From Deltaproteobacteria bacterium (lineage in GTDB: Bacteria > CG2-30-53-67), in contig JAADIO010000005.1 of assembly GCA_013151235.1 (NCBI GenBank), positions 107,659-127,658 of the forward strand: DNA of 20,000 nucleotides, read 5' to 3'. The stretch's first letter is position 1. Each line of letters opens with the position of its first letter. Both the position numbers and the translations under genes were made by a program. The notes beneath the pieces were generated by a model. That model was not told where the DNA came from, searched no databases, and saw nothing but the letters and a program-made list of their open reading frames with translations. Positions 1 through 9,097 of this stretch are shown piece by piece.

Positions 1-12
1 ACGGAGTTTCCG

Positions 13-666
13 ATGCCGTTGCGCCCGCTGGAAAAACAGTTCGAGCTGAAAAAAGTTGAGGAGATCCGAAAACTGGCGGAAGAGTTCCATCAGCTCCGTG
101 AACGGATGAAAGGAGAATCAGCCGGATACATGATTTCCGGGATTCACCGCTGTCTGGAAACGGGCATCCTCTTGGGGGCATTGAGTATCTCCCTCTCCCT
201 CCTCGACATGTTTGTTCACGACATGGTCATCCTCTATGAGAAAGAGAAGGACCGGGACGGAAACCACAGCAAGGACGCATTGCCCCCCCTCAAGACCGGT
301 CATCCAAGACTCCCCTTTGAAGAGGAGATCGCCGGATTTATGGAGAACCGATGGATCGACCCGCAGGACGGCCGGACCCTTCTGAAGATGTACAGGAAAA
401 TCGGGATCCCCCTTCATCACGTGCTGTCACGACGCATCGGCCCATTTTCCAAGATGATGATTATGGGGGAAGATCGTCTTCTCGATCGTTTTCTGACGCG
501 CAGCTTCGGAGATATCCACCACATCGAGGAGATGATCGAAGACAATGCGACGGAATGTATGAAAGTGATCGTCTCTTTCCTGAGAAAATATCATATCCAG
601 GAACCGGTCATGAGCCTGCAGGAGTCCGGAAACCTGCACGACGATCTCCGGGAACTCGATTCTTAG
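13..666 (+). CDS. Hypothetical protein (217 aa, predicted helical)
   Basis: ORF with GGAG upstream of the ATG and protein-like composition. No family recognised. Its TAG stop overlaps the left end of the element at 666-828. Confidence 0.75.
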   Translation: MPLRPLEKQFELKKVEEIRKLAEEFHQLRERMKGESAGYMISGIHRCLETGILLGALSISLSLLDMFVHDMVILYEKEKDRDGNHSKDALPPLKTGHPRLPFEEEIAGFMENRWIDPQDGRTLLKMYRKIGIPLHHVLSRRIGPFSKMMIMGEDRLLDRFLTRSFGDIHHIEEMIEDNATECMKVIVSFLRKYHIQEPVMSLQESGNLHDDLRELDS

Positions 667-828
667 TGGTCCTGTTCGTAAATACTGTGACGCACCGAGA
701 GGGTTGCAGGGCGGTCTCATCAAGGCGCGCGATTGAGGCGTACCCCTTGTGGTACGGCGCAGGGAGCGCAACGCAGAGGAGGCCGCTCTGCGGCACTCAA
801 ATGCCACCGTATTTACGAACAGGACCAC
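666..828 (+). mobile_element. MITE-like element A (~163 bp) with a structured internal core
   Basis: Perfect 21-bp inverted repeat AGTGGTCCTGTTCGTAAATAC (665-685 / 809-829). Flanking direct repeat TTA (663-665 / 829-831), alternatively CTTAG (662-666 / 828-832). No transposase ORF. Confidence 0.8.
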
Positions 829-871
829 TTAGGCTGCCCCATCCGTACCTATCCGGTGCGCCATCACATAC

Positions 872-1618
872 CTATAATTCCAGACGTTTCACCGCCTTGC
901 CCCCCAGGAAGAAAAGAATCCCTGCATAGAGGAGTAATATGAGAAGAGAGATCCGGGGGACTCCGTTTCCGGCGACAATGCTTCGAAGGGAAAGCGCCGC
1001 ATGGGTCAGGGGATAGATCATGACGAGGCTGGAAAAGGGTTCGGGCAAGCGGTCGGGAGGGAAAAAGGTCCCCGAAAGAAAGGCCATGGGAAGGATCACG
1101 AAATTGGTAAAGTTGGTCATATCCTCGTGGGAGCGGGCCAGCATGGCCGCCAGGACCCCGAGGGACGCGAAGACAAAACAGGTCAAAAACAGGATCAGGA
1201 AAAAGGTGGGCGTGTAGACAATCTTTACATGAAGATAGAGACTGATGCCGATGAGCAACCCTGCGGAAAAAAGCCCCTTGAAACATCCCGCCAGCGCACG
1301 ACCGAAGGCAATCGACCAAGGACCTACCGGAGAGACAAGGATCTCCTCGATGGTCCGGTAGTAAAGTTTGCTGATATTGAGCGTGATGGCCACACCGGAG
1401 AAGCTGTTGTTCATCGCGGAAAGTGCAATGATTCCCGGAAGGACAAAGATGAGGTAATCGAGGCCCTGGACATGCATTCCCCGCCCCAGTCCCCACCCGA
1501 AGGTCACCAGATAGAGCGCCGGCATGACCAGACTTCCGGCGAAAAATTTTATGAATTTTTTCCGGATGGAGAGCATCTCCCGCCAGAAGATCGTATAGAA
1601 TCCGGGCACGCGGATCAT
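872..1618 (-). CDS. ABC-2 type transporter permease (DrrB/NodJ-like)
   Basis: Multi-TM protein with Y..F.LPGI, P..FLSG.FFP and PLTH motifs. Start moved to ATG at 1618 (MIRVPG), which follows GGAGG. Confidence 0.9.
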   Translation of the reverse strand: MIRVPGFYTIFWREMLSIRKKFIKFFAGSLVMPALYLVTFGWGLGRGMHVQGLDYLIFVLPGIIALSAMNNSFSGVAITLNISKLYYRTIEEILVSPVGPWSIAFGRALAGCFKGLFSAGLLIGISLYLHVKIVYTPTFFLILFLTCFVFASLGVLAAMLARSHEDMTNFTNFVILPMAFLSGTFFPPDRLPEPFSSLVMIYPLTHAALSLRSIVAGNGVPRISLLILLLYAGILFFLGGKAVKRLEL

Positions 1619-1694
1619 CCCATCCTCCTGCCCGCAGAGAACTCCAAAAATGATCCCGACGGATTGCTCCTCCAGAAAAATACAGCGCAACATT

Positions 1695-1828
1695 TGATGG
1701 TGTCGTAAAAAGTCACGAAGCCCTTCGACAAGCCCAGGACGAACGGTGTAAGTGATTGATATTCCGTTCGTGGTGAGCTTGTCGAACCATGAACGAAATC
1801 CGGAAAACGACTTTTTACGACTTCATCA
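1695..1828. mobile_element. MITE-like element C (134 bp) enclosing a REP-like hairpin
   Basis: TIR TGATGGTGTCGTAAAAAGTC (1695-1714) / GACTTTTTACGACTTCATCA (1809-1828), 18/20 match. Flanking direct repeat CATT (or ACATTT at 1690-1695 / 1828-1833). Internal hairpin TTCGACAAGC..CGAACGG..CCGTTCG..GCTTGTCGAA. A near-identical copy starts at 19911. Confidence 0.85.
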
Positions 1829-1831
1829 CAT

Positions 1832-2671
1832 TTAGTCAAGAATCTTTTCCCCCGTAAGGTTTAAAAAAACATCTTCCAGATTGGTATGGCGGATCGTGAC
1901 ATCGATCCGCAACCGACCGGCATAGGCGACGGCCTCCTCCCGGGTCCGGCAGAAATGGATTTCGCAGCCGTTTTTATTGTTGCATTCCACGACATAGGCC
2001 CCGACCTTCTCCTTCAGCCGGCCCGGAGAATCGAGGGCGATCATCTTTCCTTTCCGCAGGATCCCGACCCGTTCACAGAGGGCTTCGGCCTCTTCAATGT
2101 AGTGCGTGGTGAGAAGGACGGTGATCCCCCGGCTCTTCAGCTCCTCGATGAGCCCCCAGATCTTCCGCCGGATCTGCGGATCGAGTCCAACCGTCGGCTC
2201 ATCCAGAAAGAGAACACGGGGATCATGCATCAAGGCCCGTGCAATCAGGAGGCGCCGCTTCATCCCGCCGGAGAAGTGATCGACCTGTACTTTCGCTTTT
2301 GCCTCCAGATCGGAAAAATTCAACAACTCGGAGATCCGCCGCCGCCGTTCACGGCGTGGCATTTGATGAAGTCTCCCGTGGTATTCAAGATTCTCTTCCG
2401 CCGTCAATTCAATCTCCAGGTTCAACCCCTGCGGGGCCACTCCGATCAACCGCTTCACCCCGATCGGCTCTTGTGCGACGTCAAGGCCATCGATCACGGC
2501 CCGGCCTTCGGTAATCTTCGCAAGGGTCGTCAACATTCGAATCGTTGTCGTTTTCCCGGCTCCGTTCGGCCCGAGAAGACCGAAGATTTCCCCTTTCGGA
2601 ACGGAGAGGTTCAGCCGGTCTACGGCAGTCAGACGTCCAAAACATTTCGTGAGATTCTCAGTCCGGATCAT
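1832..2671 (-). CDS. ABC transporter ATP-binding protein (DrrA/NodI-like)
   Basis: Walker A GPNGAGKTT, signature FSGGMKRR, Walker B LFLDEPT, H-loop TTH. Confidence 0.95.
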   Translation of the reverse strand: MIRTENLTKCFGRLTAVDRLNLSVPKGEIFGLLGPNGAGKTTTIRMLTTLAKITEGRAVIDGLDVAQEPIGVKRLIGVAPQGLNLEIELTAEENLEYHGRLHQMPRRERRRRISELLNFSDLEAKAKVQVDHFSGGMKRRLLIARALMHDPRVLFLDEPTVGLDPQIRRKIWGLIEELKSRGITVLLTTHYIEEAEALCERVGILRKGKMIALDSPGRLKEKVGAYVVECNNKNGCEIHFCRTREEAVAYAGRLRIDVTIRHTNLEDVFLNLTGEKILD

Positions 2672-2711
2672 TGAACAATTCAGGGTTGGTGAATGGCAGA
2701 AAAGTCATGAG

Positions 2712-2740
2712 ATGATAACAACCGGCGGAAAAGGTGTCAA
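2712..2740 (-). promoter_or_regulatory. Sigma70-type promoter for the ABC operon
   Basis: Minus strand TTGACA-17 bp-TATCAT with an extended -10 TG, about 40 nt upstream of the ATPase start. Confidence 0.65.
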
Positions 2741-2755
2741 GAAAAACGACTGCAA

Positions 2756-2784
2756 TTGCCCCGAACAGGGGGATATGCTATATT
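2756..2784 (+). promoter_or_regulatory. Divergent sigma70-type promoter for the FmdE-family gene
   Basis: TTGCCC-17 bp-TATATT with an extended -10 TG. Confidence 0.5.
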
Positions 2785-2928
2785 GAGGACACAAGAGAGG
2801 GAAGAATGAAGGCGGTATCGGTAAACTTCCGGCCACGAAGAACACGAATAGACACCAATCATGTAATATTCCGGTTCGTGCATTATTTGTAAGATTCGCG
2901 GCAAAAGAGTTCCAAAGAAAGGAAACAG

Positions 2929-3525
2929 ATGAAATACAATGAAACCTTGCAGAAAGTAATAGAATTTCACGGCCATATCTGTCCCGGTCTTGCGTACGGG
3001 TATCGAACCGCCGCTGCAGCCCTTGCACACTTGGGGAAGCGGGCCGTGGACGAAGAGATCGTCGCCGTGGTGGAGAACAATTCCTGTGCTGTAGATGCTA
3101 TACAGGTGATGACGGGCTGTACCTTTGGCAAAGGGAACCTGATCTTTAACGACTACGGCAAACAGGTCTATACCTTCTTCAGCCGGGCCACCGGGGAAGG
3201 GTTCCGGGTTTCCGTTCATTTCGAGCGGCAGGAGTCTCCGGAAGAGAAAAAGGTATGGGAACAATCCCGCCGTGAAGAAAAAAACCCCGAAACGGACGAA
3301 ACAGTCCGGGACATAAAAACCCGAAAAGTAGAGGCCATTCTGTCGGCCGATGAAGCGGACGTCCTGACGGTACAGGCCGTCACGCTCCCACTCCCGCCCC
3401 GGGCACAAATCTATCCGACTCTTCGATGCGACAAGTGCGGAGAGAAAACCATGGAACCCCGGATCATGGAAAAAGGGGGAATGCATCTCTGCATCCCCTG
3501 CGCTGAGGCGGAAAAGAAGAAATAG
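2929..3525 (+). CDS. FmdE (formylmethanofuran dehydrogenase subunit E) family protein with C-terminal zinc finger
   Basis: FHGHICPG, C..DAIQVMTGCTFGKGNL and C-terminal CxxC...CxxC motifs. AAGGA upstream. Confidence 0.92.
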   Translation: MKYNETLQKVIEFHGHICPGLAYGYRTAAAALAHLGKRAVDEEIVAVVENNSCAVDAIQVMTGCTFGKGNLIFNDYGKQVYTFFSRATGEGFRVSVHFERQESPEEKKVWEQSRREEKNPETDETVRDIKTRKVEAILSADEADVLTVQAVTLPLPPRAQIYPTLRCDKCGEKTMEPRIMEKGGMHLCIPCAEAEKKK

Positions 3526-3629
3526 AGCCTTCCCCTGCGGGATGAGTTGAAAAAATCGGAAAGTGCGTTATAGTTCCATACAGGGCAACATAACCTTGAA
3601 CCCCGACCGAGATTGCAAGGAGGTGTCCC

Positions 3630-4031
3630 ATGTTGGAACGCATCAAGCAAAGTCTGGATGAGGCCTATCAAGGGATCCGGAAAAGAACGTCCAAGATTAC
3701 CTTGCGGGCGGAAGAGAAGGCCAAGCTCACCCGAATCAGCATGCAGGTGAAATCTCTGCAAAAAGAGTTGGACGGGATCTTAAGACGGCTCGGAAACCGC
3801 ATCTACAATTTCCGGGAGGAACGGCGGGAAGGCGATCTCCTCCAGGACGCCATCATCCAGGAGATTCTCAAGGAGGCTGACCGGGTCCACGGTGACATGC
3901 TGCAATGCCGGATGGAAATGGACAAAATTCGTGAGGATTTTGAATCCAGAATCCAGGCCGTCACGCCCATCAAAACGAAGGAAGGGGAAGCAAAAGAGGC
4001 GGAAAAGACCGTCGAGGCCGGACGGAAATAA
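3630..4031 (+). CDS. Hypothetical charged coiled-coil protein (133 aa)
   Basis: Strong AGGAGG RBS and a helical, E/K/R-rich sequence. Confidence 0.8.
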   Translation: MLERIKQSLDEAYQGIRKRTSKITLRAEEKAKLTRISMQVKSLQKELDGILRRLGNRIYNFREERREGDLLQDAIIQEILKEADRVHGDMLQCRMEMDKIREDFESRIQAVTPIKTKEGEAKEAEKTVEAGRK

Positions 4032-4173
4032 CTCCTCTCCCGGACGACAGGGGAAAGAGCTGCATCCGTAGCGGAAGGGCTCTCAGAATCCTGCCCGCAA
4101 ATGCTGTGGTGGCACACCGATGGATGCAGAGGACAGGACTGGATACTCCGGTAAATTCTGAAAGGCGGACCTC

Positions 4174-4560
4174 ATGCATCGTTACAGGGACGGGGGAGTG
4201 TTGTTTTTGCGTCTCGGTTTGGGGATCGCCTTTCTCTTTCACGGCATCCCGAAAATCACCGGAGGGCCGGAGAAGTGGGCCGAACTGGGCAGCGCCATGG
4301 GATCAATGGGGATCACTCTCTATCCCGTTCTCTGGGGCTTCTTAGCTGCCCTTTCCGAAACCGTGGGGGGAATGCTTCTCATTCTGGGTCTCTACTTCCG
4401 GACGGCCTGCCTCTTCCTGGCCATGACCATGGCCGTGGCCCTGCAGATGCATATCCGAAAAGGGGATCCCTTTGCCGTCTACTCCCATGCACTGGAAGAT
4501 GGAATTGTTTTTCTGGCCCTGTTGTTGATCGGACCGGGGAAATATGTTCTGAAGAAATGA
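4174..4560 (+). CDS. DoxX family membrane protein
   Basis: LRLGLG..FLFHG..K, AALSE..GG.LLILGL..R and terminal GPGKY motifs. Confidence 0.92.
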   Translation: MHRYRDGGVLFLRLGLGIAFLFHGIPKITGGPEKWAELGSAMGSMGITLYPVLWGFLAALSETVGGMLLILGLYFRTACLFLAMTMAVALQMHIRKGDPFAVYSHALEDGIVFLALLLIGPGKYVLKK

Positions 4561-4587
4561 CTCCAGGCCCCGCCATGCAGGGTGAAC

Positions 4588-5493
4588 TCATTGCATAAGA
4601 TAGAAGATCCCGTTAAAGGCTTCTCCCTTGACCAGCTGAAAAACCTTTCGTAACGTCCCTTTGGCCACATAGTCCAGCCAGGAGGGACCGGCCTTTCTTT
4701 CATAAATTAACCGCGGCTTCCCCCGGATACCGGACATCCCGGCCAGAAGATCGACCGCATCCTGGAAGGACCCGAGCTTGTCAACAAGCCCAAGGCCCAG
4801 GGCCTGCCGGCCGGAGAAGATACTGCCGTCGGCAATTTTTTTCACCTTTGCAACATCCATCTTGCGACCGCTGGCTACATCCTCGACAAACTGCATATAA
4901 ATATCATTGATCACACCCTGGATTAACCGATGCTCCCGTTCGGTCATCGGGCGTGTCATATTACCGATATCCTTGAATTCCCCGCTTTTAATCACATAAC
5001 TGTCGATCCCGATCTTGTCGAGGAGTTCCCGGATGTTCGTCATCTCCATGATCACACCGATACTGCCGGTCAGACTGCCCGGGTTCGCAACAATCCGATC
5101 CGCAGCGGATGCCACATAGTAGGCCCCCGAAGCCGCCACATTCCCGAAGGAGGCAACAACCTTCTTTTTGCCTTCCTTGTGGATCTTCCGAATCTCGTCA
5201 TAGATCTCCTGGGACGGCGCCACAGCGCCGCCGGGGCTGTCAATCCGGAGGAGGATCCCCTTCACGTTCCGGTCATCCACGTAACGATTCAGCGTTTTCA
5301 GGATATGTTCGGAGTTCAGGATCACCCCTTTGATTTCCACAACACCGATCTTGTCCCCCCCCAGGGAGACGGAGCTTTCCCGATCACGGCCGAAGAATGA
5401 AGTCAGCAGATATACCGACAGAAAGGCAAAGAGAGCGAGACCGGTGAGAAATACGATAAACCTTGCAGGAGAGGAAGTTCGCAAATCAGGCAT
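4588..5493 (-). CDS. sppA: Signal peptide peptidase SppA (S49, short form)
   Basis: N-terminal TM, RIDSPGG, AASGAYY, TGSIGV, KSGEFKD. ATG at 5493 follows AAGGAGG. Usual position after rpsA. Confidence 0.93.
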   Translation of the reverse strand: MPDLRTSSPARFIVFLTGLALFAFLSVYLLTSFFGRDRESSVSLGGDKIGVVEIKGVILNSEHILKTLNRYVDDRNVKGILLRIDSPGGAVAPSQEIYDEIRKIHKEGKKKVVASFGNVAASGAYYVASAADRIVANPGSLTGSIGVIMEMTNIRELLDKIGIDSYVIKSGEFKDIGNMTRPMTEREHRLIQGVINDIYMQFVEDVASGRKMDVAKVKKIADGSIFSGRQALGLGLVDKLGSFQDAVDLLAGMSGIRGKPRLIYERKAGPSWLDYVAKGTLRKVFQLVKGEAFNGIFYLMQ

Positions 5494-5558
5494 CGTTGCA
5501 CCTCCTTTCAAAGAGACGCAATCGCTTCAGAATATTCCCAACAGAGGATGGGGGAGAT

Positions 5559-5588
5559 GCTCAGGGAGCCGGGGGTGGATCCCTGAGC
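5559..5588. other. Intergenic hairpin between rpsA and sppA (possible terminator or mRNA stabiliser)
   Basis: 9-bp stem GCTCAGGGA (5559-5567) / TCCCTGAGC (5580-5588). No clear U-tract. Confidence 0.4.
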
Positions 5589-5607
5589 CACGGTTCTTGA
5601 TTCCATA

Positions 5608-7437
5608 TTATGCAGATCCGTCAGGGTCCGTTCCTTCCGGCTCCGGATCGGATGTTTCATCGGCCGCAGGGGTCTCCTCGACAACGGGAGCGCCCGGCTG
5701 ACCGGCAATCAGATCACCCATTTTCGTCCGCATCGATTCCTGCTCACTCAAATATTGATTCAGGTCCGCTTCTTCCAGACCTTCAAGATACTTCTTAATG
5801 GAGAGACCGATCTTTCGCTCTTCCTGATCGATCTTGGAGATTACGGCCTTGACCTCACTATTGATGGCCAGCACATCTTCGATCTTCACGGAGGGATCCA
5901 GGGAAACCTCCGTCACATGAATCAAACCTTCAATCCCGTTTTCCAGAGCAACAAAGACGCCGAAATCCGTGATTTTGACCACCCGGCCGGTCACCACCGA
6001 TCCCACTGGAAACTTTTCATGGATCCCGATCCAGGGATCTTCGTTCAACTGTTTCAGCCCCAGGGAGAGACGCTCTTTCCGTTTGTCGACATGAAGAACC
6101 ACGGCTTCCACTTCGTCCCCTTTTTTGAGGATTTCCGACGGATGTTTTATCCGGCGTGTCCACGACATATCCGAGATATGAACCAGACCGTCGATCCCCT
6201 CTTCCAGACCGATGAAGGCGCCGAAGTCGGTCAGGTTCCTGACCACGCCCTTGATCCGGCTCCCGACGGGGTAGGTCTGCTCGACCAGATCCCAGGGGTT
6301 CGATTCCACCTGTTTCATTCCGAGGGAGATCCGCTTGTTGGAGACATCAAGGTTCAGGACGACCGCTTCAATGATATCGCCCACCGATACAATCTTGGCC
6401 GGATTCCGGACCTTCTGGGTCCAGGACATCTCCGACACATGAACCAAGCCTTCCACCCCTTCTTCCAGTTCCACGAAGGCACCGTAATCGGTGAGACTCA
6501 CGACCTTCCCTTGCACGCGGCTGCTGACGGGATATTTTTCTTCCGCCTTGTTCCAGGGGTTTTCCGTCTTCTGCTTATAGCCCAGTGAAACCCGTTCCCG
6601 TTCCCGGTCGAATTTCAGGACCACGACCTCCACCTCATCCCCGAAGGAAAAAAGCTCCGAGGGATGATGGACACGTCCCCAGGACATATCGGTGATATGG
6701 AGCAGGCCGTCGATGCCGCCGAGATCGATAAAGGCACCGTACTCGGTAATATTCTTGACGATCCCCTTGAGGATCTTTCCTTCCTCCAGGTTCTGCAGGG
6801 TTTCCGCTTTCAGGAGTTTCCGCTCCTCTTCAAGAAGAATCCGCCGGGAAAGGACGATATTCCCCCGCTTCTGATTCATCTTGATGATCATCATCTCCAG
6901 CTTCTTCCCGATATACTTGTCGAGATTCCGTACCGGATGGATATCCACCTGGGAACCGGGAAGAAAGGCGCGGATTCCGATATCCACGGAGAGACCGCCC
7001 TTGATCCGGGAAACCACCACCCCTTCCACACTTCGTTCTTCCGCATAGGCCTTGGAAATCTCCTCCCAAACCCGGATACGGTCGGCCTTCTCCTTCGACA
7101 GGACCACCTGGCCTTCGCTGTCTTCCACCTGTTCCAGGAGCACTTCCACCTCGTCTCCGGCCTGGATATTCAAATCTCCTTGGGTCCTGAATTCCTCCAC
7201 AGGAATGACGCCCTCGGATTTAAAGCCGACATCAACGACGACAAAATCCTTCGTCACCTTAAGGACCTTCCCCTTGATCACGGATCCTTCCTTGGCATTC
7301 TGGAAGGTCTCATCATAGAGCTGAGACATGGCTTCATGACTCAGCATCTCATCGTCCTGTACCTCCTCCGGCACATTCTGATTTTCCATGACCTCCTTCG
7401 TTTCCACCTGTTCTTCGTTCTGTTCATTCATAATCAA
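5608..7437 (-). CDS. rpsA: 30S ribosomal protein S1
   Basis: Six S1 repeats (AFLPGSQ, YGAFIDLGGIDGLLHITDMSW, EGLVHVSEMSW and others). TTG start 6 nt after GGAGG, with an alternative ATG at 7431. Confidence 0.98.
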   Translation of the reverse strand: MIMNEQNEEQVETKEVMENQNVPEEVQDDEMLSHEAMSQLYDETFQNAKEGSVIKGKVLKVTKDFVVVDVGFKSEGVIPVEEFRTQGDLNIQAGDEVEVLLEQVEDSEGQVVLSKEKADRIRVWEEISKAYAEERSVEGVVVSRIKGGLSVDIGIRAFLPGSQVDIHPVRNLDKYIGKKLEMMIIKMNQKRGNIVLSRRILLEEERKLLKAETLQNLEEGKILKGIVKNITEYGAFIDLGGIDGLLHITDMSWGRVHHPSELFSFGDEVEVVVLKFDRERERVSLGYKQKTENPWNKAEEKYPVSSRVQGKVVSLTDYGAFVELEEGVEGLVHVSEMSWTQKVRNPAKIVSVGDIIEAVVLNLDVSNKRISLGMKQVESNPWDLVEQTYPVGSRIKGVVRNLTDFGAFIGLEEGIDGLVHISDMSWTRRIKHPSEILKKGDEVEAVVLHVDKRKERLSLGLKQLNEDPWIGIHEKFPVGSVVTGRVVKITDFGVFVALENGIEGLIHVTEVSLDPSVKIEDVLAINSEVKAVISKIDQEERKIGLSIKKYLEGLEEADLNQYLSEQESMRTKMGDLIAGQPGAPVVEETPAADETSDPEPEGTDPDGSA

Positions 7438-7527
7438 TCCAGACCTCCTGAGTTTTTTTCGGATCCCGGCAGGCCTCCCGCTCGGGATTCACCGTCCGCG
7501 CAGTGCCGTCCGGTGCTGAACTTTGCA

Positions 7528-7557
7528 AGAATAGAATGATTGCGGCTGATTTGTCAA
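7528..7557 (-). promoter_or_regulatory. Candidate internal rpsA promoter overlapping the ispH stop
   Basis: Minus strand TTGACA-18 bp-TATTCT, followed by a ~85-nt hairpin-rich leader. Confidence 0.5.
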
Positions 7558-8414
7558 TCTTTAATTTGGCCTTCTCCATCCGATAGATCATGGAGTTTGT
7601 CAACAACTTCCCGGATGATCCATTCCGGCGTCGAGGCGCCTGCCGTAATTCCGACCTTCTCCACCCCTGCGAGCCAGGCCGGATCCACCTCCTTCACCGT
7701 CTCCAGATGAAGCGTTCGTGTTCCCGTCTCCCGGCAGAGTTCGGCCAGACGTGTCGTATTTCCGCTGTTCCGCCCTCCCACAACCAGCATCAGGTCGACC
7801 TTTCGGGCAATGGACTGGGCCTCTTCCTGCCGGACCCGGGTGGCATCACAAATGGTATTGAAAACCTTGACCTCTCCGGCAATCTCCAGGCATCGGCCGA
7901 CCACGCGCTGGAACCGCTCGAGGGGAATCGTCGTCTGGGCAATCACACCGATTCGGCGGACCTTCCCCAGTCCCCGAAGGTCCTCTGCATCCACCGTCAC
8001 AGAGGCCCGCTCCCCGGCATAGGCCATGATTCCCTGGACTTCGGGGTGATTCCGGTCGCCCACGATGACCACCCGGTAGCCTTCCTTGCGCAGCAGGCTT
8101 GCATAATCCTGAGCATTCTTGACGAAGGGACAAGTGGCATCGACCAGACGGACCCCGGCCCCTTCCGCCTCTTCATACACGGAGGGAGGGACACCATGGG
8201 AACGAATGATCAGGGTCTCCCCCTGAAATTCCTTCACTCCTTCCACGGGATGGACCCCCATCTCCTCCAGACGGGCCACTACCTGGGGATTGTGAATCAG
8301 CGGACCGATCGTCCCCACCTCCCCATCGTTTTCCCGGGCCGTATCATAGGTCATTTTGATGGCGCGTTTGACCCCGAAACAGAATCCGGCCTGCGCCGCA
8401 AGAAGGATCTCCAT
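7554..8414 (-). CDS. ispH: 4-hydroxy-3-methylbut-2-enyl diphosphate reductase
   Basis: GFCFGVKRA, IHNPQV, RSHG, DATCPFV, TICDAT..RQ, SGNT, TAGASTP. All three Fe-S cysteines present. Confidence 0.97.
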   Translation of the reverse strand: MEILLAAQAGFCFGVKRAIKMTYDTARENDGEVGTIGPLIHNPQVVARLEEMGVHPVEGVKEFQGETLIIRSHGVPPSVYEEAEGAGVRLVDATCPFVKNAQDYASLLRKEGYRVVIVGDRNHPEVQGIMAYAGERASVTVDAEDLRGLGKVRRIGVIAQTTIPLERFQRVVGRCLEIAGEVKVFNTICDATRVRQEEAQSIARKVDLMLVVGGRNSGNTTRLAELCRETGTRTLHLETVKEVDPAWLAGVEKVGITAGASTPEWIIREVVDKLHDLSDGEGQIKD

Positions 8415-9097
8415 TATCCGCCCTCCGCCCCCTTTTTCCGGACGACCATCAATATCTGGTTGACCACTTCGTTAAGGGTCATGGAGGTGGTGTCGATCTC
8501 CAGTGCATCCTTCGCCTTTCGTAAAGGAGCCAGTTCACGGTCTCGGTCGTGGGCATCCCTGCGGGCGAGATCCTGCTGAATCACATTACAATCGACCTGC
8601 TCGCCCCGCAGCTTGAGTTCTTCGGTCCGGCGACGGGCCCGCTCTTGCAGGGAGGCGGTGAGAAAGATCTTGACCTCGGCATCCGGAAAGACCACCGTCC
8701 CCATGTCCCGCCCCTCCAGGACGGTTTTTCCTTCCGACCCCAGAGCCCGCTGAAGGGTGGAGAGCCATGTACGCACGGAACCGATCGCGGAGATATCGGA
8801 GGCAACCATCCCCATCTCCGCCGTCCGGATCCGGTCGGTCAGGTCACGACCGTTTACGATAAGAGCCGTCCGGCCGTCCCGCTCTTCAAAAGAAAGCCGC
8901 GCCGTCTCCAGAAGGGCCGTCAGTTCCGGTCCTTCCCGGAAGGGAACCTTCTGTTCCCGGGCCAGCCAGCCGATCCCCCGGTACATCGCTCCCGTATCAA
9001 TATAGCGATATCCGAGCCGTTCCGACACGGTCCGGGCCACCGTACTCTTTCCCGAACCGGACGGACCGTCAATCGTCACAATCGGTCCTTTTTTCAT
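8414..9097 (-). CDS. cmk: Cytidylate kinase
   Basis: IDGPSGSGKST, DTGAMYR, EGRDMGTVVFPDA, RRD..D..R..APL. Confidence 0.97.
   Translation of the reverse strand: MKKGPIVTIDGPSGSGKSTVARTVSERLGYRYIDTGAMYRGIGWLAREQKVPFREGPELTALLETARLSFEERDGRTALIVNGRDLTDRIRTAEMGMVASDISAIGSVRTWLSTLQRALGSEGKTVLEGRDMGTVVFPDAEVKIFLTASLQERARRRTEELKLRGEQVDCNVIQQDLARRDAHDRDRELAPLRKAKDALEIDTTSMTLNEVVNQILMVVRKKGAEGG

Noticed and set aside
2863-2886. Possible NikR-like operator upstream of the FmdE-family gene
   Set aside because: Only a weak imperfect dyad (GTAATA...CATTAT), not distinguishable from chance.
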